A DNA stretch of 64,000 nt from Octopus vulgaris (Eukaryota): contig OX597819.1 of NCBI GenBank assembly GCA_951406725.2, positions 57,474,001 through 57,538,000 of the forward strand. Reading direction: 5' to 3'. The first letter of the stretch is position 1; each line of letters begins with the position of its first letter. Shown here in pieces: positions 38,460 through 53,448 of the stretch. Below the pieces are notes generated by a model. It had not been told where the DNA came from. It saw only the letters and a list, made by a program, of their open reading frames with translations, and did no database searches. The position numbers were made by a program, and so were the translations under genes.

Positions 38460-39427
38460 GAGAGATACACTTCTCTTACAAAAGATATCATTTACTGTTC
38501 TTTTTTATTTTATAATTGTGTCGAACGTTTCAGAGAATTTACAGAAAACTGCATTATTTCTAGAGATACATTTAGACTTTATCCCTTTTGGAGTCAATAA
38601 TATGATTCTAGTTGTTATCAGTTCATTTTTGTTGTTGTTTTGATTGTTGATGTTGGTCGTGATGATGATGATGAGGAGGAGGAGGAATATGGGAAAGGCG
38701 ATATTCATTAGCCCCTGGCGGAACTCAGAGTTCTCTCAGCACCGTCTTTGATTTGTGGTAAAAGGCTTTGTAACAATGAACTGCATCTCTTTCCCGCCAT
38801 AGTGTATCTAGGAGTACGCCATGTCTTGGGTTGAAATGACTGTAAGTTTTTTAGTTATTGCTGTATATTACCAGGTCATTACTTAAAGGACACGTCTACG
38901 AACCAAATATCTTTTTTCTGTGTCCCTTCTGCCATTTGATATATATCTAAGGGGTACATTGCTCGATGTATTATTCGTTCTTCAAGAAAATAACCTCTGA
39001 TTAAAATTAGTGAAACTTTCTCTTGCTGTTTAGTAATGCAAGGAGGTAGATTAATTTACGTTTACACCATTCCTCGAAATTTATTTTTCATTATAAACAA
39101 AAACGACGTCAGCTTAGAGAAAATGAATGTTGCGTATAAAGCTGTAAGCTACCAGAGAAACTTGTCTACGAATAACTTCTTACTTTCTACTGATATAAAC
39201 ATATATATACTTAAATAATATATAAAATTTGCGAAGGGGAATAATTCAAGTAGGGCATAGATTCAAGTAGATAAATTTAAAGAATGGACGTATAGAAATG
39301 CTCAGTTAAATAAAATATCTATGTTAAATGGAGAAACATTGCAAAAACTTAGAAATAATTGGTAACGAGTGTAAAAGAAACGAGAAGCAACTTCAAGAAA
39401 TTAAGGATTAATTACGCAACATTAATA

Positions 39428-39661
39428 TAGGGTGTCCAAAAAGTCTCTCCACAGTGAATTGTTTACATCCTGCGCATCACCATGGCGCTACTTCAAGAGT
39501 ACTTTGGTGAACAGATTATTTCGAAGGGATTTTGGCCACCAAGATCACCTGATTTAACACCGCTAGACCTTTTTTCCTGGGGAGCAAGTAAAGCATTAGT
39601 GTACAAGGATCTCCTGAAAACCATTAAATACTTACTGCGGAGAGACATTTTGAACACCCTG
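39428..39661 (+). mobile_element. Internally deleted Tc1/mariner-superfamily element (234 bp)
   Basis: TIRs agggtgtccaaaaagtctctcc / ggagagacattttgaacaccctg, TA flanks; retains WPPRSPDLTPLD.F.WG. Confidence 0.8.
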
Positions 39662-40510
39662 TATACATGCTTATACGAAAATCTGTCAATCGTTGAGAGG
39701 CAAAGGCCGTGTGTTCCGTTTATATAGGACCACATGTATGGAGTGTAGTCTTTCTAAAACCGGCTAGGTTCAATCGATTAAGGTTTTACAAACAGTTAGA
39801 TTATTACAAATGTTTTAACATAAGAAAACGTGAGTGTTTACATTATTGGGTAATACCGTTGTATTAAATACTAACGAAACTCATTAGTTGTAACGTACAG
39901 ATTATAAAATGAAATGACACTTTTTTAGTTTTAGCAAGGTGGTTAATTTCATAGTAAAAAATTTCGTGTCTGTAGATAAATCCTGGGAGAGTACGGCAAT
40001 CCAGCAGCTCCTAATCAATTACGATTTTCAATTAAAATAAATGAAATAAATTCATACCACGCTGTTGCTCTCTTTTTGTATGTGCAAACAAAACACTTCA
40101 TAACGCCTAAGCATCTACTAGCAACTTTGCACCACGTGATCAATAAATGAACCAGCTGACAACAGTGTGACAGGGTTAGAAGTATATTTAATCGGATTCC
40201 AAATATAATCCATTAATAAATGCAGCTAATTAACCTCTTCATTCAACTCCGTTTGGCTTCCTGCTTTAGCTGCAAGAATAACAATGTAGTTCCAAATTAA
40301 TTAGTAACTTTTCATAGGACACTAAGAACGGCGATTAATCACAAGACAATTAAATTCCCAAGTTTTAATTCATACAATTAGATATGAATATATGTATGTG
40401 TGTATGTATGAGTATATATATAAATATATACACGCGTATACACACGCACATATATATATATATACGTAGACACACACACACGTCCATACATGTATGCAAG
40501 CAAGCAGATT

Positions 40511-40541
<31 letters not shown>

Positions 40542-40554
40542 TTATTTGTATATG

Positions 40555-40627
<73 letters not shown>

Positions 40628-40907
40628 GATAGTTATATTAATATAACATACTATTGTGTTTGCATAAATAAATTTTTTCGTGATTAATCGCTTATGGATG
40701 TATAAAGTTGTAACTAGAGAAAGCAAATGTCACAATAAAAATTCCAGTTAAATCTTATTTTATGAACCGCTGTTTCTCCGAGTTACACGTTATTATTTTT
40801 TCATACGCAAAAGTTATAGCTTAAAGTAATGTTGTAATCTTAAATACCTGAGGTTGTAAAATCTGTTTTAGTTCCTCCCTGTTATCATCATGATTTTTGG
40901 TATAAGC

Positions 40908-40989
<82 letters not shown>

Positions 40990-41849
40990 TAGATATTAGG
41001 TAATAAAATGAATGGTTTATACCTGGTAGCTAACTGGTAAAGCACGGTCACTTTCACAGTGTCCGCTATTTATCTAATTGATATGATACCAAAGATGGAA
41101 GAGATGAATGTTTTTTTTATTAATCCCTACAATTGTTTCGACACATCTAGCATCGATCTCTCAAAGATGGGAGACTTAATAACTCGTTCAGGCGCGTCCG
41201 ACAGTGCGGATGCTTTTTCTTCGCATCATAAATAGATACAACTCTTTAAAATAACAGTTCCACAATGTAATTTCTCACTTGTTGTGAAGAAAATCAGTAA
41301 GTTAAAGGATATAGCTTCATTTGTATGGAAGATCAACAATAAAATAATACATGCAAAAGAGAAACCGAGATGCTATACTGCGAAAAACATTATCACATGT
41401 ATTCGTTTATGGATATAGATGTATAAACGCCCTCGCGTAATTTGTACTATGTACACTCCTCATCCAAAGAGTCACCAAGCTTATATACATATACATACAT
41501 ATATATATATATATATGTGTGTGTGTGTTTGTCTGTATATATATATACGTATATATATATATGTGTGTGTGTGTGTAGATAGATAGAGAGATACATACAT
41601 ACATATGTATACCTAAACCTCATATAGGTCTTCATATGCCGAAAATTGAGTTTGTGTCAGCCAGAAGCTTAATTTAAATAAAACTTGTTTTATCGAAACG
41701 TTGGACGGAAATCGAAAATCATTACGTAAGATGTAATTAATAATTTAGTTCCCAGACATTATGCTGTGTATACTGGCAAGTCTAATTATGCTTCTATTCT
41801 TACTCTTACTTTTAATCCTATTCTCTATCTCTCCCTAATGGCTGGTGAA

Positions 41850-42130
41850 AAAAGTAAAGACCCCTTTCAGTCACGAATAACCATGGGATTTCACCATGTA
41901 AGTTACCCTCCGTGGCGCAAGTCCTGGCAAGGTTTTTATGGAAGAATAGCAGTCGCCCATGCATACCAGCCTCCCCTCTCTACACCACTGTTGCTATCCA
42001 AGGGAAGGGAAAACACCGATACAGCTTGGCACCAGTGACTTCGCAACTCATTTCTACAGCTGATTGAACTGGCGCAACGTGAAATGAAGTGTCTTGCTCA
42101 AAAACACGACACACAGCCCGGTCCGGGAAT
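41850..42130 (-). mobile_element. SINE family D with 3' tail
   Basis: Minus strand ttgagcaagacacttcatttcacgttgc matches 18035-18065. Confidence 0.65.
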
Positions 42131-42154
42131 GGTACCGTAGGCTGCTACTTGCAC

Positions 42155-42545
42155 CCTCTTATACCATGCTATTTGTTCTCTGTAAATGTCTGAAGATTCT
42201 AGCCGTGCCAATGAGGCAAACGTTTTGCATCAGCTCTACCGGACTCTCCATTTCGATTTCCCTTATGTTCCTCTCAATCTCTATTGATACTATCCCGACG
42301 GTTCCAACAATGATTGGAACTACCTTTAACCATTTCCTCTTCCACATTCGCGCTCGTTTTTCATATTTAGGAGGATTTAATATCTCTATTTTGCAGCCTT
42401 CCTTCGTAAATATCTGAAGGTCAAATGGGCATTTAACATCAATAATAGAGCAAATGTGGTCCACTTTGTCCACCACTCTTAGTTCCGGTTTGTGGTACCC
42501 AAACATTCTATTTGCTTGTAGTGAGAGATCCCACAGAATTTTGGT
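42155..42545 (-). mobile_element. 3' fragment of an RLE-type LINE (R4/Dong-like)
   Basis: KILWD...HKPELRVVDK...IIDVKCPFD...VVPIIVGTVG...LIGTARIFR, a PD-(D/E)xK-type endonuclease C-terminus. Confidence 0.75.
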
Positions 42546-43598
42546 AGTGTGCTGAGGTCGACGTGGCCTTTTATCCTTTCGAGATCGATAAAATGTGTAC
42601 CAGTCAAGTACTCGGGTCGATGGAATCGACTTCACCTCATCAAAAATTGGCTCTCTGTCAAAACTTGAAACTTTTGTTTATTATTGTTATTGTCGTTGCT
42701 TTCGTTACAATCATCAGCACCATCGTCAATAATAACATCATCATCATCTACTTAATTGAGAAAATATATCTTTCCAATCGCTCCACAAAATAATTACGAG
42801 ATACAGAAAGAAAAAAATGACAGCCAAGAAAACCATTTGAAAAACAAATATAAAATTGAGCAAGCATTTTGGCAAGACACATACGTTAAGTATTACTTTG
42901 CTATCGATGATGGCTCTAATGAGAACAATTTTAGCGCTATAAAGTGAAATGTTTATGTCTACAACAACAAGGTAAAACATACTCAGAAGCCGGCAAGCTT
43001 TGCTAAATTAACAAAATGGTAGAAATATGAGAGGTTCACTAGATTCTTACTTGAGGTAGAAGACTTTTAGCGGCCATGGTTTAATCTTGGATTTTTACTG
43101 AATGCAATTACGTCTGCATTATGTCACAAAATTGGTATTTTCTACTTAGAGCTGTCACATATGCGAGAGAAGGAGGCTAGCAGGCGAGAGAGAAAAAAAA
43201 CTGGGAATGAAGTGAAGAGAGAAAGTGAGTTGTTTTTTTTTTCAGGTCTAATAATTTCGCATGAACTAATCCCACACTATTCAAGACAGAGGAATAAGGA
43301 TATCGCACTAAAAGATATCAGTGGTGTCATTGACTTTTGGTTTTTGATGAAATTTGTTGCACTAAATGGGAAAGAAATTTGCATTAGCATTAACACTAAC
43401 ATCTGTATGAAAAATTCTTGCTATTCTTTAGCTAAAAAAAAATGACCCTGCTACACACACAATCATGCGCACATACAACGTTTGCCAAATTATATTAATG
43501 ATAGCAATTTGAATGGAAAGCCAGTTTTGACTTCTACACATTTAGCTTCGCACTAAACTTAGGAATGCAAAATTTAGGCAAAAATATACCGCCTGCTA

Positions 43599-43801
43599 AA
43601 AGTGTGTGAGAAAATAAGGTGCTTCGCAAATTGAAGCTGTTTAAACGTTTGGATTTGAGAAAAAGAAACTGACCTACCAATGAATTGCGAATGCCACAGT
43701 CGTGCTCCTTGAACTAGGCAAAGCAAAACTGAATTGTCCTCAATGCTTTTACAATTGAGAACGAGCGAAAATACAAGCTCGGATAATTTGTCACACACTT
43801 G
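43599..43801. mobile_element. Possible Tc1/mariner-type MITE
   Basis: aagtgtgtgagaaaat ... aatttgtcacacactt inverted ends about 200 bp apart. Confidence 0.4.
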
Positions 43802-46159
43802 CATATCAAATGTTCATACAGTTCTTTGGTAGGAAAAATGCGATGATTAGAGTAACAAAATCTGTTACTAATTGCTGATGGCCACCTGGATGGCCACTGA
43901 CTAATTGCTGATGGCCACCTGGACGCGCACTATGTGCTGACGACCTGTGTCGGCATGATATTTGAAATATGTAGTCAGGTATGTTTCTGTGGACATATGA
44001 GTTTTCCTGACACCGCAACGCAAATCGAAAAATGTAATGACGAGTAGGTATCGAGCCAAAAAGTGCGACTATAGTTTCGAAATAAATGACAAATTTGAAG
44101 AAGAAAAGAGTGAGTTTGATGGAAAAGAATTAAAGTAATTATTATATGAGTTACCAACGAAAAATTGCATGGGTATCAAAAGAAAAACGTTACATTAATG
44201 CGTTGATCTAATGGTCATTTAGGAGAAATTTGCTGCTAAACACTGAATAAAAGAAACTAAAAGATTTAGGGCATCACCGAGTGCATTGCAGTGTATCATT
44301 TGATGGTTGTTTTCTTATTTTAATGATAATAATTTCATTAATTGCTCGAAGGACAAACGTGTTTGTGAAACAGCAGTATCAGTTAAAGAGACTATAATTG
44401 ATTTCAGTATTCCACTGATAATGAGTAGTGGGATAGGGAAAGATGAGAGAAAGAGGGAGAAATATGTGGAAATGAGAGAAAATAATCGTGAAATGTTAAA
44501 AATGAAAAGAAGTGCCCACAAAACAGAGAAGGAGGAGACGTAAACTAAGGATGTGGGTGAAAATAAGGTTAGAAAGAAAAAAGGCGTGTATTATATAAGT
44601 ATTGAGGGAAGAGAAAATAATTTGTGAATCCTCAACGTCTCTTAAAACACCTTGATATATTGAATTCAAATTTTGGCTCAATGCCAGAAATTCCAGGGAA
44701 TGGGTAAGTCGAATGCATCAACGCCAGGAACTCGGAACGTAAAGACAGACGAAATCCCGCTAACGATTCTGACAGTTCCCCAACCTAAAACACACTGATA
44801 TACTGAAATGACATTTCCTACACAGCTTAGAAGAGAAAGACTATATTTATAGCTGTCAAGACCGCTTCATATCTTGCGCTATTGAAATGAAAAGAAGATG
44901 GAGCCAATGTTTCTTATATATTTATAAATATTTCAATCTGATTATCTAAGAGATTTATATGTTTACATTATATTGGTCCTCTCGGGGTTATTGAACCAGT
45001 TATTAACCCAAACAGCTCTCTAGCGTGAGCGGTCCTAGAACAACTTAGTTGCGATGCGAACTTTTTAAATACATGACTATATCTCAAGATTGCTGCAGCA
45101 AACAAGGCCCCCATATCTTACCATAAAATCAACTCTGTATTTCTCTTTACTTTCAAATAAATTATGTTAGCAGTAACTCGTATTAACCTTATATTTTTAA
45201 ATAATTTTATTTCGACAGCGTAAACACAATATTTTGTTTCCCACTTTTGTCTACGTAGTTGGTTTTCTTCTTACTTTATCCTACACGTAGTTAATAACCA
45301 TAATCTCCCATTATGATTCTTGTAGAAATTTATTCTCTAGCAACGCAGCCATGTTTACATTTAACTACTAAGCGGTTCGTAACGTCTTACCAGAAAACTA
45401 GGCATTTTTATTTGCTGTTTATTTCTTATTTCGCTTCAGGCAACGCTTTTTAGAATAATTCGTTGCTCGAAATGAATGTGTATTTGTGTATTTGTGTGAA
45501 TGTGTTCATATATACGTATATGGATAAATATATGTGTGTGATAGAGACAAAGGGAGACAGAAAGTGTGTGTGCGTGTGTATGTGTGTGTATACGTGAGCG
45601 TGCGTGAGGTGGAACAATATTAATCGGTCTATATTTGTAAACAATACTTTGCAAGTAAAAATAATAAAACAAGATAATCAAATCACCATCATCTCTTAGT
45701 GACCAGGAAAACGTGATAGCCAACGGGACACAGCCATTGGCACAACCAGAGTAAATATACAAATACCACCTTATAGCTATTATTTATAATTTACTTCATA
45801 TTCTGTAGTCAATTCTTGTATATAGATCGAATCATGGTGCGATAGATCTCTCCATAAGAACAGAAGTAATTTGCATAACTTGCAAGTTTAAGTTACAGAG
45901 AATCCACAATAAAAGCCACAGGATGAATTCACAATGAGATAACAACCTGATAGGTAGATAAATATTTGTATCTACACTCTTAACAAATGTCAAAGTCTTT
46001 TCGTTATGATTATGGCCATGTGTATTCCATCAGCGAGAGAATTTCCATTTCTCCTTCATATAAAATATTTTCATGGCATTTATATTGTGCTTAACTGATT
46101 GATATTTCGTGTTATATATAAAAATATCCGTTTATCTTTTATATTCTTTTGAGTTGTTT

Positions 46160-46535
46160 TACTTGATTCAGGCATTCGATTGCGGCCATGCTGGGGGAAA
46201 CGACTTAAAAGGCTCAATCAGATCGACCGCAGTGTTTATTTTCTTTTAAGTCTCCTACTGATTCCATCATTCTCTTTTGCCGAACCGCAACACTGCGAGG
46301 TGATAATCAAATCAGCACCACTTTTCAGAGAGTGTTGAGACAAAAACAGAAATGAATCTCATATTTGTGTCTACAACGGATTTCCACTTAGTTTCTGCCG
46401 ACCAAATTCACTTCCCAGCCATTGATCGACCCGGGGCAATAATAGAAGTCACTTTCCTTCTGCACCACACTGTTGGATTGAACTGATAACCACTTGCTTG
46501 CAAAGTAAACTCTTTATTCACACACCTATGCCTAC
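46160..46535 (-). mobile_element. SINE family A, old diverged copy
   Basis: ttgcggccatgctgg...ttttgccgaaccgc...accaaattcact. Confidence 0.65.
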
Positions 46536-49244
46536 TTCATTACTGTATGCGTGTGCGTGTTACATACTTCTTTAAGTCCATGCGTGTGGATATATAGTAT
46601 TATTTTAAATATCAATGCAGTGATTCGTATAATGTTGTGCCTTGGGGAAAAAAACACGATACTTTTATCATTATTGTTGTTACATAGCCTGGATTCTTCC
46701 TCTTTGTGCTTTGATCATTCATTGCAACCGTACATGTTTGAGTATTACGGGCTAAGTCATTAACATGAACACTTTCGGTCTTATTTCTCTAAACATCTCA
46801 GAATACAATAGGAATCATTTATTGCTCTAGAATAGTAACACTTTCAAAACAACTCTGAACCCAACACTGGATTTGTTTCCTTTCAACATAAGCAATTTCG
46901 TGACGGTTTCAAGTAAACAGTTTTCTATCTCGAGAGAATATTCTGCGCTACACTATCTCTCATTTACTAAAGTCAGATCTTGTTGTATTCTAGATACAGA
47001 ATTCAATTTTTATTGCTAATACAACAGCATTAATTTAATAATAGCCGCTTTAATTTGTTTCAGCTGTTATTTCATAATAAAGCTTATCATAGATTTTATG
47101 TTAAATTATGCTGGGGTATAACTTATCTCTTTCCTTTGTGAAATTGATCTAATAACCATTAGTAATGCATAGGTTCTACTTTAAATGCTTCTATAAATTT
47201 TCCTTTGCAAAACATTTGTGCTGCATCAAAAGAAATTCTAAGTTATTTTTGTTTTCAAAATTTCTGTTCAAAGCGGAAGACCAGTCATTATGACTCTCTT
47301 CAGATTTGTAGAGGAAAAAGAAAGGGGCTGTCCCAGACGGGTGACACGGCCTATGTTGTTGCAACAGAATGGGCTCCTCTTAATTCACTGTAGGGGTCTG
47401 ACTTGGTTAATAGTTTGTCTGCCGCTGAAACCGCAGAAGAATCCTGCTTTAAGTGACGCAAAATTGGTATCAACCCTAAACCATGTAATTGTAGAATGAA
47501 CTCCTTAAGAAGTGTTGCTTACGACCCTTACAAATTGCAGCGGCAAGTTTTGTTGGAGTGAAATTCACCTTCCTCATTAGAGATGCTATGAAATAACAAA
47601 ATAAAATTCTATACAGTAATAATGTACAGTAAATAGTCTAATCAATTAACGCGATATTTTTCTTTCGAAATTGATTTTATATTAAATCAAAACAAATAAT
47701 TACATTTTTGCATATATTATTGTGATGGCGGTTTCATATTTTGCAGAAAGTCATATCGAATATTGGTATCTAGCTACAAGATCAGTCAACAGACGAAATC
47801 TTTTGCGATATTCAGCACCAAAACAAATACTTTTCCAGTTCGATTCACGGTGAACTTTGTATTTAATCCTTCCCACTTCGATAAAATAACCTACTTCCTG
47901 TATTTTAATTACTGTCCACCATTTAATAGGCTCTAAATCTAGCCTTCGTAATTTTGTGATCTTTTATCTAAATTAGTTATCATTATTATTGCGTTTTGAT
48001 TGTTTGGCGCACCAATTTCTGACAACCATAATAATGTGGGTCGATATTGCGTTTCATCTCTGATGGATTGCATAAATAGACATTTAGTTGTCAAAAATAA
48101 AGTCCAGTTTCTTCACGGACATCACGTACGTATCAATAATCTAAATATGGATCAAAGAAACATTGCGTGCATTGTGTCACGAATCACATATTTCTAATTT
48201 TACTCTCACGCAGATGGAAATTTTGAAAGACTAAGGAACATTGGAAAGAAGGGATTTTAATGCCATATCTATGTGATCCTATGTGGCGTTAAGAATCAAA
48301 TGAAATTGCTAATAATAACAATTATATATTTGGTGCAATACTCCAGAGGTTTCTCCCCTTGGTATGACTTATGTTGCAGATCAAAAAAGTATTTGCTTGA
48401 AGAACGATAATTGAGGAATGTTTAGTGAAGTATTCACCGTATTACTAAGTATTCCCCTTATTCACCTTTACTATAGCCGTGCGTATTGAGAATGAGCTCA
48501 ACCGAATAAATTTTTATCATACATTTCTGTATATTCGAGGGAGATTCATGACTAAATAAATCAATATCGCATGAACGGATCGAAGATCAGAAAATATGGA
48601 GTTGCGAATAAAAATCTTCTTTCAAAAAGTGAAGGAATGTTTTGAAGAACGTATAAAAAAAAGTAAACGAATTGTTTGCACTCAAGATTATTGTATCTGT
48701 TGTACAACAATGCTCTAACTTAAATATCAGGTAGGCTTTTCAGGAATTTACGGGGATGGGACTATGAGATAAGTATAACCTTATCTCTGTCTCTGATGAT
48801 AGGTCTAAACATACGTATGTTATACGCATTTTCGTATATTATTAACTACATGGAAGCAGGCTTGCCGAACCTGGTAGTATTATACCAAATTTGGTAATTT
48901 TAGTGTACTGTAATACTTTTGGAAATATGCTGCGATAATTTGGTTCTTGTTTTTGAAATCATTTCACTTTATGTCAAAATTAATTTTACAGTTCGGTTTG
49001 TATTCACGACTTTCGAGGCCAATTTTAATATACGAGATAGCATTGTCACAAGTTGAAATCATTGAACAAAACTGTAAATTAGAAAGTGGCTAGGTCTACC
49101 TCGGGTATTAAGAATTTCAGCTCTTTATCGTAAAAGAAGCTCGTTGCAGTTACCACTGAAATCAATAGTTGAAAAATATAAAATAGGGATGGCACAAACG
49201 GTGGTGATGCTGAGAGAGTCGGAGGACATCGATATCGGGCGTAA

Positions 49245-50400
49245 TCTACCAGATGCGAAAAACAGCCAGGAAGTGGAAAGCAGAAGCAGAGACTGACGAT
49301 ATTCTGTCTTCTCTTACACACCGAGATATGGTGGGTGCAACGCAAAGTCATCGGAAAGGACTTGGTTTTGGCGCAGATCGGTTCAGACCGTTTGCAAGTA
49401 TGATGCGGAACGAACGCACATCTGTTGTTTGCAACAGTGTCAAAATGAAGGAAGCAGAGAGTTTCATTTGATCCAATACTTTCAACAAGGAGAGATGACA
49501 AGATGCGAGGGGCATATTCTTGAGAGGAAAATAAGTTGGGATGAGGCATGGAGGTGGATCACATCTCAGATATGTATTCTGACCCGGTCATCTTGATAAT
49601 GTTTTGCCATCACCTGCAAATCTAGTAAGATGGAACTGAACGTCTCAGAGAATGATATATACAAATGCGGAAAGGTCGGAACACTGAAACATATTCTTTC
49701 CAAATGTTCACCAGCATTGAACAGGTATAAGAGAAAAAAATCATTGAATGTACCAACTAGAGATTTCATTACCTTCGTGCGCGCAGGACAGCGGATCCGT
49801 TTCAAGAAGAACAACAAACTTTCTGTGAACGATGAAAAGTGGAACGACTATTGGAAGATGACTGCAGATTTACCAGGGTGCATGGGACTCTTTCCCATCC
49901 CAGTTATGAAAACACCAGACATTTAAATGTGATGTGAAAGAAAGAAAGTTGTGAATCTATTCGAGTTAACTGTTCCTCAAGAAGATAACATAGACACCAC
50001 TCGGGCTCGAAAGATTAACCGTTATGTAAACCTCCTCGAGGGATGTGAAGATGCAGGCTGGAAAGTGGAGCATTTTCCAATCGAAGTCGGATGTAGAGGG
50101 TTTGTTGGACACAGTGTGGCTGTTATTATCGTTAGGCCTAAACTATCGTAAACTCAATACCACCATGACTAATATCCAAACTACAGTGGAAAAGGCTAGA
50201 CACTGGATTTGGTTGAAAAGAGACGATGAACGATGGGTAAAAGAATATTGAGCTTTATTTGATAACCAGTTGATCTGGCAAGTAGGGCTTCATATCAGTG
50301 AGGGGAATCGGTGCGCATAGTTGTTGTCGAAAGGTAGGCCCCGAAATGGCGCCCATTCTCTCTTGATGACCCTATACATTTGCTGGCTTCCGTTATGTGA
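49245..50400 (+). mobile_element. RLE-type LINE 3' fragment (HERO-like) nested inside the hAT
   Basis: RKWKAE...HRDMVG...KGLG; CGKVGTLKHILSKC zinc knuckle; PDI...ELTVP.E...IEVGCRGF; A.HWIWLKR. Confidence 0.75.
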
Positions 50401-50706
50401 AGTTCTCGACTGGTAGCACTTGCGTGTGCAAGTTGTTTACAAAACATCATATGCAAGTGAACAAATTAATAATAAATACGTTACATTACAACTGGACTAT
50501 TTGATATCAAAATATATTTTGCGACATTTTATACCGAGGCAGTTTATTGGAATAGAACGTGTTCAATACATGTATCATACGTACCATCCAATATCGCTGG
50601 TTTTCCGCCTCTAATGCCAGTCTGTAGCATGGTTTATACATAAGTGATAAATGATTCTTTTCTATCTCGTTAAACTTTTATCAATTATGAATGCTTTATA
50701 ACCCTT

Positions 50707-52762
50707 ATGATGAGCAAGAGTACGAAATATAAAAGCAATAATGAAATTGACTTAAGTTTAACTCTGCCAAAGAAAAGAATTAAACAATATAATCAAAAAT
50801 TATCAAACAAACTTTTATTGGATTCTCGATTCTCATCATGGTTAGAACCAAGTAAAACAAATATCGAAAGAGCATACTGTAAATTTTGTCGTGAAATTCA
50901 ATTCAGTGTAACTCATCTGGAGAGTCACGGAAAAACGGATAAACGTATTTAAAATGTTAATTCAGAAAATAAAAGTGGAAAACTGACCGACTTTTTGCAG
51001 CCAACAACTTCTGTTCATATTACAAACGTTGCAACTGCGAAGCTTAAGCTTTGTTCCTTCATTGCAGAACAATGAGACTTATGGATCATTTACCTGGACA
51101 AATTCAGAAATTCATGTCCTGATTCCCAAATAGCTAAAGATATTAGATGTGCAAGAACCTAAGCCACTCAATTATATAAGAATGTTTTAGGTCCTTATTA
51201 CATTGAAAACCTCATAAAACGTTTCAAAGACTGAAAATTTTCATTAATTGTTGATGAAACATCTGATGTAAGTACAAATAAACAGCTTGTTCTGTTAGCT
51301 AGATTTTATGATTGTAGCACTCAAGGAATTATTAATAGTTACTTAATTCTTTTGGAAGCCAAGGATTGCTCTGTTAATGCATTTTTTTCCTCTATTGAAA
51401 GATTCCTCACCTTACATGATATTCCTTTTGAAAATGTGATAGGATTTGCGAGTGATAATGCTAGTGGAATGATGGGACAGAAGGGCGGTGTGCAGGCATC
51501 ACAGAAGAAGAAAGTTACTTTTCTCTTTATTCAGGGTTGTGTATGTCACTCTATGCATATATGTGCATCGAATGCATGTTCAGAATTACTTTCATATTAA
51601 GAAGAAATTGCTCGAAGTATACATTCATTCCTCTCAAATAGCCGAAAGAGACTTGCAGGAATATGAAGAATTGCGGCATTTACTCAAACAAATCCTCATA
51701 ACTTATTACATGTAAGTTGCACAAGGCGGCTATCTTTAGAAAAAATTGCCAAAGGAATGCTAGAAAAGTGGCCTGCTCTAAGTGTTTTTCTTTACTACAA
51801 CTGCTATTGAAAATAAAACAAAAAACAGTGCAGCTTCAAATGTGCTGAACTCATTAACAAATCCAATCACAGAGATGGATTTTTAGCATATATTTTGCCA
51901 GATATTATTAAGTTGAACTTAGATTTCAAATCAGAAATCTATAGAATGCACAAACTGCACAAATCTGTTACATGTAGTGTTAAGGGAATGCTTGGCAATT
52001 TTCTTTAAAAATATAGATTCTGAAAAATAAAAAGCTACATGAAATTAACATCAATGATCCATCAATGTATCTTCCCAAAATTGAAATTTATAGAGGAGCA
52101 AAAGTTGAAAGCATCTACATAAAGAAAGATTCAGCTATTAGTACAAGTGAAATTAAACAATCCCATGTGAAAACATTAAATTTTTATGTGCGCCTTGGGA
52201 AGGAATATGTCAGCGTTTCTTTGGACAGGACTTCTTCCATAATCTGAAGCTTCTAGAGGTACTAGACCTGGTTAGTATTCGTGATTACAATGATTACAAT
52301 GATCGAAGTTCAGTTGTTCCTCTGGCGAGCAAATTTCCAAATATTGTTCAGGAGAGTCAGATTGAAGCTCTTAGTAAACAATTAACAGACCTTAAACATC
52401 AAGATAACAATGACACAAATGAAGCTACCAAATCAGGAGATTATTGGCAAAACATTTCTAAGGGAAAATGTGGAGATGAAGTACGTTATCCGGTCCTATG
52501 ATCCTTTATGTTTCTACTCCTGGCATTACCACATTCTTCTTCTACGGCGAAAAGAATATTGTCAGTCCTAAAGAACATTAAAATCAAGTATAGATCTAAA
52601 CAGCATACCCAAACAATCAATACTCTGCTATATTCACTATGCCTTCATGATCTAAACTGCACAACTTATACACCCGATGCAAAGATTTGTGCTAAATTAA
52701 GAGAAGGACAAGGGCATTGGTACAAAGAGGAAACTCACTCTGTTGACGAGGCAAACTTTTAA
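50707..52762 (+). pseudogene. hAT transposase pseudogene
   Basis: AYCKFC..HLESH zinc finger, FSLIVDETSDVS, FASDNAS.MMG, CVCHSMH, TRRLS and the LALPHSSSTAKRILS dimerisation motif; many stops. Confidence 0.88.
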
Positions 52763-53113
52763 TTATAAAGTGAGTACATTAAATATATGCAAGTCATTTA
52801 AAGTAACACCCTGAATATTATAAATAACATATATTATGCATTTCAGTTGATTTATAGGCACAATATTACACATTTACATTTCGGTACTTTATGAGCAAAA
52901 TCTGACACTTTCATTTTGGTAAATTTGGTAATTTCATCAAAATACGTTTGGCAAATCTGCATGGAAGCTTTCTTAAGAAACACACACACAAACGGGCATA
53001 GACATAACCACACATGTACAGCTCTACCAATGAATTCCATATATATCTAAATAAGTGTACATGGTTAGATGGTTAGATATAATACTGTGACAGCCGGGGA
53101 GACGGTCAGAGGG

Positions 53114-53148
<35 letters not shown>

Positions 53149-53207
53149 ATATAAAAGTGCCTTATAATTTAACACACTCATCGGTAATATTTCCACTCAT
53201 TTACGTA

Positions 53208-53271
<64 letters not shown>

Positions 53272-53272
53272 G

Positions 53273-53320
<48 letters not shown>

Positions 53321-53340
53321 TACATACATACATATATATA

Positions 53341-53372
<32 letters not shown>

Positions 53373-53400
53373 CTTTATTTAAAGCAGCAGAAAATTCAAC

Positions 53401-53448
53401 AAAACCTGTTACTCTGAGTTTCCCGTTGCCGTTCATCGGACAGTTTTT
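53401..53448 (-). ncRNA. Minimal type I hammerhead in a ~90-bp insert between TA-rich microsatellites
   Basis: CTGT-CCGATGA-ACG(GCAA)CGG-GAAAC-TCAGA-GTA-ACAG; stem III ACTC/GAGT. Confidence 0.7.

Larger units (their letters stand above)
48857..52959 (+). mobile_element. Full-length decayed hAT transposon with 8-bp TSD CATGGAAG
   Basis: TIRs CAGGCTTGCCGAAC / GTTTGGCAAATCTG; catggaag at 48849-48856 and 52960-52967; subterminal aaatttggt repeats. Confidence 0.9.

Noticed and set aside
41121-41150. Minus-strand hammerhead 3' half (CGAAAC-AATT-GTA-GGGAT)
   Set aside because: No matching CUGANGA core or stem I partner found
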